A stretch of 64,000 bases of DNA from Octopus vulgaris (taxonomy: Eukaryota): assembly GCA_951406725.2 (NCBI GenBank), contig OX597823.1, forward strand, positions 37,076,001 to 37,140,000, written 5' to 3'. A program made the translations under genes and the position numbers. Under the pieces are notes generated by a model. That model was not told the origin of the DNA. It did not search any database and saw nothing but the letters and a program-made list of their open reading frames with translations. Positions 39,363 to 53,240 of the stretch are shown here, piece by piece (within the stretch, counting starts at the first letter, position 1; every line of letters starts with the position of its first letter).

Positions 39363-40932
39363 CAAATGTATCAATGTACTCTATCAAATGTACTCACTCT
39401 CGCCGCATGATAAACTAGTTGTTCATTCTTCTTTGCTTTCATTACTTTTCCGTACCTTCTCGTCAATTCCAGTTTATTTTGGCCCGCCATTATACATAAA
39501 TCATAATCAAAGTCACCTAACTTAATTGTTGCAGTCCTTTGTTGGTGACAATCTATTACCAAGAGGAGCCACAAAACATTGGGTACCATTGTTAACAAGT
39601 TGTTGCAACATGTAAAATAATTAACATGAAGCTATTGTTTTGAGTGGGAGGGATGCTTTCAAGTGCTGCTGCTATTGCTGCGGCAGCTGATGATGATGTG
39701 ATGATGATGATGATGAGGATGATCTTTAAGGTTTTTTGTAAGGTGGACGGAAGCTACTCATTGAAACAGTCACCTTAAATTTTTAGGACAACTCTTGTTT
39801 AGTTCTGTCCAATATTGCATTCCGTCCGACGAGCAATAGGATTCGGTTTTAGCAATGTCCACAGTTTGTGTCAAACATTTAATGCTTTGCTAGTGTGTTT
39901 TATTAGTTTTGTGTTTGTGTTTGTAGCCGGTGCCATTGCCACTGTCATCATCGTTACAATTAAGTGGGAGTTTTCTTTGTCCCTTCACCTGTTCACCTGA
40001 AAGAATGCATGTGTTGATAAATTCTTCCGCTGAAATCAATGGCTGTTATGCCTGGTTAGTGTCTCGCTCGCCTGTCTTCTTCCTCTGGATTTCGCCAACA
40101 TTACATGGAGCATCCTTGACAGAGTTCCCCCTTACTTAACAGGAGTTCGTAATTGTCAATTCCTCTACCACGAGGACCTGCACGTAGTGCAATCATAAAA
40201 TATCCATCGACAAAAAACACTGATCAATTCTATTGTTCCACCGATGATATGCCCGGCTATCGAACTTCAAATCATTGACTGCTGATAACCTGCAAAGATT
40301 AACCCTAGCCTTAGTTGGTCCACGTACAAGTTGCATAGTTTATAGCCACTATTTGTCTGTAGAAATCATTATTTCTACTTCCAGGTCCATTGATCGTGGC
40401 CTACTATCTATTACTCAGCTATAATTACACCACACTATCTTTACGCAAACAAATATGTAACCTGACACTATCACTCTTGCCACGTGATATTTCCGTAACT
40501 GTCTTTGGTAAATTGTTAAAACACACAAAAAGCGGACTACGTGACGTCAAAATGTTTTCTTCTCTACCATGCGGGGCATAATATGAAAGCGACGATTGTC
40601 GCTTTTGACTCAAAGAACCTCTCGTGACCGGAACTGACTATCGAAGGCCCAAATATTTGACCCATCGATAGTCAGAGGTATCATCTAGAGGTATTCAATT
40701 CATTTTCAGTTTTTCTTCTCTCTAGCACTATACACCTGGGGATGTAGGTGCGTTTTACGTTCACAAACTTAAAAGTGTCTTTAAATATTTACAACTCCAG
40801 TGTAATGTATTGAGTGAAACTGTCTTTCGTTTGCTCATCCACTCGTGTATACAGACAGACACACGCATACACGTATACACACGCGCGTACACACACACAC
40901 ACACACAAACACACAAGCATTTAATACATACA

Positions 40933-40978
<46 letters not shown>

Positions 40979-41099
40979 TCACCAGGTGAATAGTAACAGA
41001 CAGAGTGGAGCCTTTAGCAGAATTTCAAGATAGATGCAGTGCCTCCAGAGGCAAGACAAGAATCATAACGTTAGCATTTAGTTCATTGACACAATTTCT

Positions 41100-41830
41100 A
41101 TCAAAGCCACCGCTGCCGCCACCACCACCGTCATCATCAGTGTTATCACCAAATCCATCGCTGCTACTACAACAGTGACTATCTCTTTTAGTCCCAATGG
41201 TAACCCTACCATTACCCAGACAGCGCTCGCCACCGAAAGTATCCCATTATCTCAATTTTTACCTCTAAATAATATTCTCCACCCACAGTTTATACCCCAG
41301 CAGGTTATTTCTTCCATCAACCATTTCTCGCATTCGCATCATTATCGATATATCTCTCTCCTCCGCCCAGCAGCAGCACCAGCAGCAGCACCACCACCAC
41401 CACCACCACAACCATCACCATTCTTATATTTTCATCGCCGCTGCAGTCATTTGCTACCAGCTTTACGCTAAGCACCGCTCCATCATCACCAGCACCATCA
41501 CAACCACCACCTACACTATCACCAACATCATCACCGCCATCACACAACAACCACCAACACCTCCATCATCACCTTCATCACTACTCCTACCAACGTCATC
41601 ACACCAACTCTATCACCAACACCATCGTCATCGTCACCACCACGATCATTTCCATCACACCACAACCGCAACGTCTCCTTCATCATCATCATCAACACGC
41701 CAACCTCACCAGCACCTCCATCATCATCATCATCATGATCCATCACCGTTATCACAAACTCTGAGTCGATAACACAATAGAAAATACCCAAGACGTCAAT
41801 CACTATCACCACCAGCATCCTTTACTCCAC
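41100..41830. repeat. Degenerate (CAC/CAT/CAG)n low-complexity tract
   Basis: Read directly. Confidence 0.85.
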
Positions 41831-42059
41831 CCACCCAAACAAACCCTGCGCTCCATTGTTAATCTTGATCAAGCAATAAAAAAAAAAAGCTGCCCCAGTT
41901 TATACTTGCAGTTTATTGTGTTTCTATGGCAACAACTGCGACCTTATCACATCGCTTATGTTTTCATAATTATATCTCTAAAAATACAGTCTCTGGTTGC
42001 TGATTTTTTTTTACATATTTATGTTTTTGATATTTCATAATGAATATGACATCTGTCTC

Positions 42060-42094
<35 letters not shown>

Positions 42095-42275
42095 AGTGTG
42101 TGTGTGTATGTGTGTATGTATATACGCACAAACACACACATATATATATATGCATATATATACATACAAACGTATGTATATTCATATATATATATATATA
42201 TATACACATACACACACACATATATATATATATATACATATGTGTGTGTATGTGTGTGTGTGTGTATGAATATAT

Positions 42276-42611
42276 ATATTTATAAACTCTCCATCTCTTT
42301 TTCTCCTTTCTCTTTCACTCGCACACGTATACGGGTTGTTGTTTTGTATGTGCGTGTGCATGTGTGTGTGCGTGTGTGCGAGTGTGTGTGTGTATATATA
42401 TATATATATGTGTGTGTGTGTATGTGTGTGTATATGTATATGTGTGTATATATATATACACTTACACACTCACATATACACATATATATGTATATATACA
42501 CACACACACTCGCACACATGTACACATGCACACGCACATACAAAACAACAACCCGTATACGTGTGCGTGTGAGAGAGAAAGGAGAAAAAGAGATGGAGAG
42601 TTTATAAATAT
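42276..42611. repeat. Fold-back inverted repeat around a microsatellite core
   Basis: tttataaactctccatctctttttctcctttctct..acgtatacgggttgttgttttgtatgtgcgtgtgcatgtg is reverse-complemented at about 42520-42611. Confidence 0.9.
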
Positions 42612-43085
42612 TTCTGCATGCTCCAGTTGAAACTAAGTGTGGAAAATAGGTACCAGATCTTCAGGGAATGTTACCTGTAGACGACTAATACTGGATTCCA
42701 GAGGGAAATTTTTTTCTGTTAAGATTCTGAAATCCAGTTATTTTCTATGTAATGACATTTTTTTACCTGTTAGAAAAATATTTGAAAAAAAAATGGACTG
42801 GGGATGTGGTTAGATAATACAAAAATACCCTATTATCTAATAGGATATTTTTGTATTGGATCGGTTTTTATTGTTTTTACTGTTTTATATTTACTTTTAC
42901 TCATATATAGAAAAGAAAGTGGGGTTCAGAAATTACGACAGCTGTTTCGGCAACATTCTGATGCACTCTTAGATTAAATCATAGTAAAATCACGCCACCA
43001 CCAGGTAAGTTTTAAGCATGTAGACAGTAGAAACAGATGACCAGTATCCCCAGTATCCCGACTTCCGTGGTGAAACAAGTAGCTA

Positions 43086-43132
<47 letters not shown>

Positions 43133-43154
43133 CGTGTATATATATATATATATA

Positions 43155-44783
43155 CAGTTGCGGCCAAAATGTTCAGAACAGCATTGTTTTCGTCAGAAAA
43201 GTAGGTATAATGTTTTATCAAATTTATTTTATATTCTATAATTTTTACAGACAATAAATACAATATTAATTTTTATTGTCTGAGATTTTGGTGTAATTTG
43301 AGAGGATAATACAAAAATCATGGATGATTTAGTGATTTACTGCAAAACCCATGGCGGCCAAAAGGATCAGAACGGTTGCTTTTACTCCGTGTTTTAGTAT
43401 ATTGAACCGGCGAACTCTAATGTTTTGAATTTGTTTACTTGACGGTTCGTTTACTAAACATTAGTAAGAATATCTGCGGTGTACTTTGTTTATATAATGC
43501 CACTTACTCCGTTACCAATTCGACAGCAGATTATTAGGCTTCGAAAGAAGGATAATTTAAGTATTGGGTCTATTGTAAAGATTGTTAACAAGTCAAAAAG
43601 TGTTGTTCATGGTATTCTTAAGGTCTACGATGATTGTGGTTCGTGTGAAGGAAGAAATTCTACAGGTAGGCCAAGAAAAACGACCAAGAGAGAAGATCGT
43701 GCTATGGTAAAGTTGGTTAAAAAGGACAGATTTAAAACTGCTGCTGCTGTTTCTCGGGAAATGAGCATTGTACGGAAGAAAACTTTATCTCGAAATACTG
43801 TGTCTCGTCGTTTAGTTGAACATGACCTACAAGCAAGAGCACCTGCTGTGAAGCCACTGATCAGCTCCAAGAATAAAAAGTGTCGTCTTACCTTTTGCAA
43901 CCGAACATGTGTTGTGGTCTCAAGAAAAATGGCAAACGGTGCATTTCAGTGATGAATCTAAGTTTATGTTATTTGGCTCAAATGGGAAAAGGTACGTTCG
44001 TCGAAAAGTAGGTGAAAAATTGTCGACTAAATGCCTTAAGACTAGTGTTAAATTCGGTGGAGGAAGTGTCATGGTTTGGGGGATGATATCTGGAGATGGT
44101 GTGGGCCCTTTGGTACGATTACATGGAAAGTAAAATGCAGGAGTTTATAAACAACGTGTAAAAGATCATGTCTTGCCTGTGCTGAGAAATTCAACTAAGC
44201 GACCACCCATATTCATGCAGGACAATGCCCCATGTCACAAGGCTAAGGTGGTCATGAACTTCCTCAAGGCTGAAAAGGTTATTGTTATGGATTGGCCTGC
44301 TCAAAGCCCAGATCGCAATCCTATTGAAAATGTGTGGAATATTCTAGGAGAACGTTCGAAAGCCAGAAATCCTAAAACAACCGAGCAATTATGGAATGCC
44401 CTTCAGGAAGAAAATTGAATAAGATCACCCAGCAAGAAATTGAAAATTCAGCTTCCTCATGCAGTAGATGTCAAAGTGTGATTGAAGCTAAAGGGCTTCA
44501 CGCTAAATATTAAATAATTCCAGTATTCTCTGTCATTTTTGATTATTTTGTTATTTTTTCAACCGTTCTGATCATTTTGGTCGGCATGGGTTTTGCAGTA
44601 AATCCCTAAATCATCCATAACTTTTGTATTATCCTCTCAAATTACACCAGAATCTCAGACAATAACAAATAATATCATATTTATTGTCTGTGAAAATTAT
44701 AGAATATAAAACAACTTTGGTAAAAAATTGTACCTACTTTTCTGACGAAGACAATGCTGTTCTGAACATTTTGGCCGCAACTG
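43155..44783 (+). mobile_element. Near full-length Tc1 transposon with ~220 bp IR/DR-type TIRs
   Basis: TA|CAGTTGCGGCCAAAATGTTCAGAACAGC...GCTGTTCTGAACATTTTGGCCGCAACTG|TA. The inner direct repeat gcggccaaaaggatcagaacg lies at about 43354. Confidence 0.95.
43497..44513 (+). pseudogene. Tc1 DD34E transposase with frameshifts
   Basis: GRPRKTT, VHFSDESKF, KFGGGSVMVWG and FMQDNAPCH...WPAQSPDRNPIENVW, with 34 residues between D and E. Split over ORFs 43479, 43909 and 44173. Confidence 0.92.
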
Positions 44784-44796
44784 TATGTAAAAAACT

Positions 44797-45030
44797 AAGG
44801 CGGCGAGCTGGTAGAGTCGTTAGCACGCCGAGCGAAATGCTTAGCGGTATTTCGTCTATCGCTAGGTTCTGAGTTCAAATTCCGCCGAGGTCGACTTTGC
44901 CTTTCATCCTTTCGGGGTCGATTACATAAGTACCAGTTACGCACTGGGGTTGATGTAATCGACTTAATCCGTGTGTGTGTCCTTGTTTGTCCCCTCTGTG
45001 TTTAGCCCCTTGTGGGTAGTAAAGAAATAG
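44797..45030 (+). mobile_element. SINE family C, full length
   Basis: aaggcggcgagctgg..GAGTTCAAATTCCgccgaggtcgactttgcctttcatcctttcggggtcgat..ccccttgtgggtagtaaagaaata. Confidence 0.88.
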
Positions 45031-45274
45031 TATAAAACTGAGAATGTGTGTCTATCTGTCTGTCTGTGTATTTGTTGGTGAGTATAACTAAAACTCAAGA
45101 ACTACCCAACCAATTTCATTTTAATTTTACACATGCCTTACTTAGGGTCTATGCAGTGTCATGGCTCCCAAAATTTTCAACTTCTTGCCTAATGCGAGCC
45201 TCGAGCAATCTCTTATTTCTTACACTATTTTAGTATTACGTCTCAAAAGTAAAACAATAACATCTCTATTGTAA

Positions 45275-45771
45275 TCTCTATATCTATAAACGGCAAAGTT
45301 TCTGTGTATCTGTGTGTCTGTGTGTCCTTTATACAAATCCACAGTTTTTCACGTAAGATGCTCGCATTTTCTATGGGCTTTCGAAATTGTCTGAGGGTGG
45401 TCGTGAAGATTTTTTTATTTCCCCAGCCACCCCAGGAAGCCATTATAAAATCGATAAACTGACCCCTTATGCCCACAAGTTATTTTGCGGCCAAATTCGA
45501 GTTTTTCGCTTTCTTCTTTTGTCCGACTAATGGCGTGTGCACAGTCCCACTAATTTTCTATGATTATGTCGTTCAAGGTGTGAAAACCGAAGTCCAATGA
45601 ATATTAATTACTCTCATAAAAAGCTCCAACTAGCTCATAAACAACAAAACTGGCTCAGGCTGAAATGTGATAAGAAACTTAGCTCTTGACTTAGTGAGAA
45701 ATTTTTACTGCGACCCGGCAACGAATAACAAGCACAGGCACTAGATCCGGCAACGCGGGTCATAGTGCTAG
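45275..45771 (+). mobile_element. Non-autonomous Helitron
   Basis: A|TC(TCTATATCTAT) 5' end. The 3' hairpin gatccg-gcaacg-cgggtc is followed by ..CTAG|T. No TSD. Confidence 0.75.
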
Positions 45772-46015
45772 TGTGAGATAATACTTTCAGTTTTAATAGT
45801 GAAACTATTAATACTTTCACTATGTGTATATATATATAATTAATAAATTTATTAATTATTAATTAATGATTTTTTTGGCTAATTTTGAAATTAGATCAGC
45901 AGTTTATATTTCCTGCTGAGAAGACCGCGCGATTGCGGTGGACTTTGAAAATTTATAGCATATAGACTTGAGGCTTCCTTACCATCGCCTCGTGGATATA
46001 TGTTCGTCCTTGGCT

Positions 46016-46110
46016 TCTCTGCTGACGAAGCACGCCAGTTGTAAATAAATTTAATTTAATTTAATTCATTTGTTTACTAAAGTTTGCCGAAACTATGCGT
46101 AGTCCAGAGA
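46016..46110 (+). ncRNA. Type I hammerhead ribozyme motif with canonical core and extended stem II
   Basis: tctctg CTGACGA agca..(AT-rich hairpin)..tgcc GAAA ctatgcgtag TC cagaga. Predicted cleavage after 46104. Confidence 0.75.
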
Positions 46111-46231
46111 TGAAAGGGTAAACGTTTTTATTTCTCTTTCAATTTCAGAATTACAACTATTAGCGGTTTGAGTTTGGCTGCTCTTTCTAGTGAGTCGAAT
46201 GTCCTATTATGGCAATTCCTTATATTTTTGA

Positions 46232-46299
<68 letters not shown>

Positions 46300-46300
<1 letters not shown>

Positions 46301-46458
46301 CGACGGGAATCTTTCAGTTTCCGTCTACCAAATCCACTCACAAGGCTTTGGTCGGCCCGAGGCTATAGTAGAAGACACTTGCCTAAGGTGCCACGCAGTG
46401 GGAATGAATCCGGAACCATGTGGTTGGTAAGCAACCTACTTACCACACAGGCACTCCC
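46300..46458 (-). mobile_element. SINE family A, 5' half, minus strand
   Basis: Reverse complement of the family A head. Confidence 0.85.
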
Positions 46459-46470
46459 AATATATATATA

Positions 46471-46531
<61 letters not shown>

Positions 46532-46621
46532 TTTCATTTCTATAATCTTTACTATGGTATATTTATGTATGTACATGTATGAATATGTATGCATGTAAAT
46601 GTATCTATATGTATGTATACA

Positions 46622-46686
<65 letters not shown>

Positions 46687-46724
46687 ATATATTTATGCAT
46701 GTATATTATGTGTGTGCGTATATA

Positions 46725-46770
<46 letters not shown>

Positions 46771-46774
<4 letters not shown>

Positions 46775-46932
46775 CGCGGGCGTAGCTGTGTGCTAAGAAG
46801 ATTGCTTCCCAACCACATAATTCGGATTCAGTCCCTCTGCATGGCACCTTTGGTATGTATTTTTTATTATAGCCTTCGGCCGACCAAACTAGTGTCAGTG
46901 GATTTGGTTGATGAAAACTAAAAAAAGTCTGT

Positions 46933-46973
<41 letters not shown>

Positions 46974-47205
46974 ATATTTACTTACGTATGTGTATTTGTA
47001 TCTCTGCTTGTTCCTCACAACCATCACTTAGAAACAGATGTTGGTGTGTTTACGTCCCCGTAACTTTGCTGTTCGACAAAAGTTATCGATAGAATAAGAA
47101 CCAGACTTACAGAGAATAAGTTCAGGAGTCGATTTCTTCAACTAGAAGGTGGTACTTTAACAGGGTTACAATCAAATGACTGAAACAAATAACAGAGTAA
47201 AAGAG
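46771..47205 (+). mobile_element. SINE family A, diverged full-length copy
   Basis: taggcgcgggcgtagctgtgtg head, internal (TA)n, and a 3' half ending aaatgactgaaacaa..agagtaaaagag. Confidence 0.8.
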
Positions 47206-47809
47206 AAATATATAGTACATATATATATGCAATTTATAAATAAGGGCTAAAGAAAATTATTTCTATGCCAATATGCTGATAACAGACTTTTAAATCGTCA
47301 ATTTCCACATATTATTTACTCGCTACAGAAAAATACGAAGAGCTGAAATCGAGGGAAGCTGGCCGATAGAATTTTTTAAAAAGTTCGTTATTTCTAGCAG
47401 GGCAGCGAAGTACATAGAATATCCTTCGTTGATTGTCTGATGCGTTGATTAGACACAGAATTATATATAATAATTATATATTAATTTGTTACTGTTCTTA
47501 ATCTATGGTACCTAATTACAGCCAATCGGATTGGACCAGAGATAAAATGTCTGCCCCACACAAAAGTACTGGACAATATCGACCAAGAAAAACTCCCAAC
47601 ACCATCGCTGTCAAAACGTCACCTATACACCGCTATTTCACAGTCCCTTATAGTCACCATCGTCACCATTACGCCAATGCTACGGCATCAACATCAAAAC
47701 ATCATATCCACAGCATCACCTCCACGACGTCTTTTTTCAATACGGACACCTTTTTTTTTTATTTCTTTCTTACAAACATTAATATTGTGCAGTAAATTCA
47801 TGCGTAGGT

Positions 47810-49040
47810 AGTTGGGCGTTTCCTCAAATTTCAGTCTCTACAAGATCTCTAAGCTCCACCTACCAATTTCATTAGTGATAGAGGAATCCAAAGCTACAAA
47901 AGCAAGAGAGATCAGAATATTGCTTTTAACAGAGGATGAGAGAGTCAGACTCACCAACAAGAAGTGGAAACCCCAGGAAGTTGTGAAGAAAGCGGAGACG
48001 CCAGGAGATTGTTGGAATTGTCTCTGTTGGGCTTTGCAACAACAGCACCAAGAGATAGAGAAATACCAATGCCAGGAGTAAAAGTGCAAAGGGTCCGTGA
48101 CTCAAGAGAGCAGAGTCACCGGGTGAAGGCAGTAAGGCTTGCGCATCAAAGACAATTGATATTGTGGGACCAGGTGCTCGAGCGCTCACTGTCCAGAAAG
48201 GAAATCTGGACACTGACCATGGAAAATTGTCCTTCATCCTTCATGTTGTCACTGACCCCTTACCAGCCCGAAATGGCCTAAAAATATGGGGTAAGACAAA
48301 AAGATCCATCATGTAAGCAGTGCAGGCAACTCTTTACACTCTTAACCACATTTTGATCGGATGCCCAACAGCACTGAGAGAAGACCAATACAAGTGGAGA
48401 CACGGCAAGATCCTTGCAGAAATCGCCAAATGGACTCACTTGCAAATAATCCGGGCTAACAAAGACTATCCACCACTACCAAAAGATATCAAATTCTTAA
48501 GGGAAGGCAACCAGTTTCTTAAGGCAAAAACAACTGTAGGGGACCTGCTTTCTATATTGTATTCAATCTCTGACTAGGAGATGCACGTGAATCTGAAAGG
48601 CTGACTTGACTTCCTAATGGAGATAACGGACCAGGTATGTTCCTGCTCTCCAGGAGTATAAAAGCAAACATCGTAGTCGAACATCGTAGGATAAACTCAA
48701 TATTTCCCACCAGAAAACGAAGACAAAATACCAGAACTTGATTGACGAGGCCCTTGTCAAGGGATATCACACGGCATAATTCCTTATTGCAGTCGCCTAC
48801 CGCAGCTTTCCAGCTAGATTAGTGCACTCTTTCTTGCAGAAGAAAGTTCTGGAACACTAACAACTGAAGCAAGCCACCAAGGGGATAGGCACAGCAGCTG
48901 AAACAAGCTCAAGGTGGCTATGCTTGAGAGAAATGCAAATGAAACCCTTCCATAGTTGAAGACTAGTTCAGTCTCCGCTGCCCCTCTCAGACGAAGCGTG
49001 CAAACTGAGCGGCGAAACACTTGTGACGAAACACTGTTGA
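47810..49040 (+). pseudogene. HERO/R2-group (RLE) non-LTR retrotransposon 3' fragment
   Basis: SLYKISKLHLPISLVIEESKATKAR, KKWKPQEVV, WDQVLERSLSRKEIW, DPSCKQC..TLNHILIGCPTALREDQYKWRHGKILAEIA (CCHC finger plus RH motif), then a decayed restriction-like endonuclease (KTKYQNL). Confidence 0.8.
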
Positions 49041-49289
49041 CGAATATGGAAAGGTTTCGAATATTGCGATGAATTTAGAAGTGCTTGCAAAACCTTTGGA
49101 TTGCTCCAGCAGTTCCGCATGGAGCATAGCATCTCTGATGTTTATTTCACCTTCAACTTCTGCCTAATATTCAGTCTCTTCGTTCTTACTTCTTTTGTGT
49201 CTTCTTTTCTCACACCTTCTCTTTCTTTTAAATCCTCCTCTTCATCATCCTCCTCCTCCTCCTCCTCCTCCTCCTCCTCCTCCTCCTCC

Positions 49290-49329
<40 letters not shown>

Positions 49330-51450
49330 TTTCTTCTTCTTCTTCTTCTTCTTCTTCTTCTTCTTCTTCTTCTTCTTCTTCTTCTTCTTCTTCTTCTTCT
49401 CCTTCTTCTTCCTTCATATTTTCTCCATTTCCATTTCTGTTTAACTTATCTGTAAATGTCTGATAAAATATTGTTTTCTACATCATTTATGATAAATGAA
49501 AAACTTCACTGAACTCAGGGTCACGATTCCACAAGAATTTTCCAATGGAAATCAGGTGTTGAATTCCAACAGTAGACACAATAATTGGTGGAAAGTTGGA
49601 TAGAATACCTTGTGTTCTTCAGTCAAAAATTTTCAAGTTCTGGTTTGAAATCCTATCGGCACTGTTTCTCCACCAGAATATCACTACCATAGTGGCACTA
49701 TTACAATATCATGAACATTACCAAGTCACCAGCTTAGCATAACCTTGAAAGCACCGTCCACACAATATCACTGTCATTGCATCCTTTATAGCGAAAGAGC
49801 ATCAGCACCACAACACTTCATAGCAAATTACAAACCCACCAATGTCAATCTCTTGTGACAACCCTCAGCATATCCACAAACCTATCATAGAAAATATAAC
49901 GCTGGCTTCAACAACAACAACAACTACATTTTTCTATTCTAACTACTTCCAACACTATAAAACTTTTGGCGTCATACCCGTCTCAATTCTCTTGCACAAA
50001 TGTCCTGAGCGCCATCTTAAGAAATAGCACAAAAATCAGCTATCAAAATACTTGTCAAGTCGCCAAATATCTACAGAATACAGTTGCAGCATTTCCCGAC
50101 TGATGTATCACAGGGACATGTCCTCGCAACCATTTTGTTTTTCCAATCATTACCTTCCCATGTCTCCACAAAACCTGCATAGACTCCGAAGGAAATGAAA
50201 TCACATTTATATCCTCTCACTATTCCATAAACATAACTGCAGACCAATTATAACTGTTTATCCCGCCTGAAAACCTGATACCACAATCATAATAATGCCT
50301 AACGCCATCGTCTTCTTTCTTATCAACAGCTCCAGACAACTGGGTACGAATTGGAGGAATCGTTAAAGCGTCGGACAGAATGCTTCACAATATTTGTTTC
50401 AATTTTCTGCGACCTGTGGTTAAATTTACCGTTTTACTACTTCGGGATCGATGAAAAAGGAGTACTAATCCAAGATAGATTAGTGGTACGGTACGAGTGT
50501 TGAATCGTATGCCTTGCAGTACTTATTCCAACTCCTTGCGTTTTGAGTTCAAATCCCACCACACGGTGCAGAAACGATGTATTTTGAGCAATCCCTGGAA
50601 CGATTCTGAGTCAAAAGGAAACAAATGTCAACAATAATAGATCCATCAAGGACTATAACGATCCTTGACTATGGTTCTAATGCCTCCTCAATAACAAAGA
50701 CTTCTAAATCGCCCAGTGCACATCAAAACATATTGTATACAGAATTTCATCCGTCTGAACAGGGTGAAATTGGTTCAACACGGTTACAGATTTTTAGTTT
50801 CATACGAATACATTGTCTTCTGCTTAATGTCCAAATCCAGTATTTCATTACACAGAGTTCAAATCCCACCCACACCAATTTACTTTTAATCTTTCAAATA
50901 GTTGATACAATAACTACCAGTCAAATATTGGAGTGTATTTTATGGGCTATTCCTATAAACACATACACCACACCTAACCACAAACCCATCCACCCTCTCA
51001 CACATATAGGTGGATTTGTGCTAAAATCTTTTATTTTTAAAAACCAATATTTGATTGAAAAAAAAACATAATGGCTTCACTATTCTTTGTTATGACAACA
51101 TATACAATAACAACACCAACAATAATAACAATATATAGGGGCAAATAATAATAAAAGAAACCAGAACAATATATACAAATTATAAATAACAACTAAAAGT
51201 AATTTCAGTAACAACCACAAACTGATCAACAGTAAGAACAGCAACAATAACAACAACAAATAGCAGAAACAATTAGATGACAAACTACTTTTGACAATGA
51301 TGATGATGATGACGACGATGATGATGACGACGACGATGATGATGACGATGACGATGATGAGGAGGAGGACAAGACGACGGCGACGACGATGATGATGACC
51401 CTCATCATTACCATCTACTATAGGAAGAAAGACATAACAAAGACAGCATG

Positions 51451-51493
<43 letters not shown>

Positions 51494-51761
51494 GAATTAG
51501 TGAGAGAGAGAAAGTAATGTAGCTGACATGCAGGTAAAAGCATATGACGTGAATGTTACCAAAAAGAATGTCTAATTCGCAGAGCGCAGCATCTATTTCA
51601 TGGATATTTTAAGGGTATCACATGGGTATTTCAGAGATATTTAGCGTCAAAGAACAGATGGGAGGTTGATATTTACAGGTTACCGACAAAACCTTCTCTG
51701 CAGTCATAAGCAAAAGATATTTTGGTATTTCTGTCCAATCTACCGTATTGCAACTGCTGAT

Positions 51762-51833
<72 letters not shown>

Positions 51834-51841
51834 TAGATAGG

Positions 51842-51901
<60 letters not shown>

Positions 51902-51956
51902 CAGATAGATATACATATATGCATATACATGTGTATATATATATATATTCAAAATG

Positions 51957-52005
<49 letters not shown>

Positions 52006-52299
52006 CAAAATGGGACAAGAACGTAAAGCATCCGGACAGCTAGGTGATACAAAAAGGGACAACAAAACATCCAGTAAACGATACAGAGAAAACAAGGACA
52101 GGTTATTCAAAGTTTTCTTTCCTCAGTCAATCACCAGATTATCGTCGCAATTTCGGCTGATTATTTTTGAGATTGCTCTAATCTGGCCAGCCCCAGGGAA
52201 AAACTAAGCTAAGAGCACTAGATTCCTTGGAAGAAAGAAGTGAATGTATTCAAAAACAAGGACGGAAAAAACGGACAAAGTTACACAAATATCGCCAAT

Positions 52300-52593
52300 A
52301 TGACCAAGGAAGCCATTCAAACGCATGGCTGGGATGTGCTGCTACACATTCAAAAGCATGGCTGGGAAATGCCGCCGTACTTTACTCATTTGGCACCAAC
52401 GGATTTCCACCTCTTTTGATCTCTTTCAAATGCTATGTGCGGAGGTTCGTTCAATACTGATGCAGAATTGAGAGCTTGGCTGGATCAATTTTTACTGGTG
52501 GAAATCGGATGATTTCTACCAACGAGGTATTGAAAATCTTGCTGAACGCTGGGAAGAAGTTGTAAACAACAAGTGTGAATGCATTATTGATTA
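52300..52593 (+). pseudogene. Mariner transposase C-terminal fragment
   Basis: GWEMPPYFTHLAPTDFHLF*SLSN..DFYQRGIENLAERWEEVVNNKCECIID*. Confidence 0.85.
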
Positions 52594-53104
52594 ATTAGTT
52601 TTATTTTTTATTAAGCATTTCAAAATATTTTAATTAAAAAAAACAGTGGTATGTATATATATATATACATGCATACATATATATATGTGTATACACACAC
52701 ATATATATATATATATACATACATATATATATGTACGCATCTATATAGAAAAAGTGAAAGATGTGTGAAACAAACGTCTTCATCCACATTCCAACACGCT
52801 TTCTAATCTGTAGCTGGGCCGATAGCGGCAAATTATGTATATATATATATATATAAAGACAAAGAGATGGAGAAAATGATGTAATGTGCGTCGGTATGAA
52901 AATGATGTAATGTGCATGAAACTAGTTTTGCATTGACCATAATTACTAATAAAATAGACTTCATTTATCTCGTCCGCCTTTCATCATTTTCGCACCAAGG
53001 AGAAAAGTCTGTTTGCTTTATATAATTATTATTTTCAAAAACAACAGCTATACAACACGCATGGAGTTGGCTTTAACTGCTATTTCTCCTTCTGTTTGTC
53101 TATA

Positions 53105-53148
<44 letters not shown>

Positions 53149-53158
53149 TATATATATG

Positions 53159-53240
<82 letters not shown>

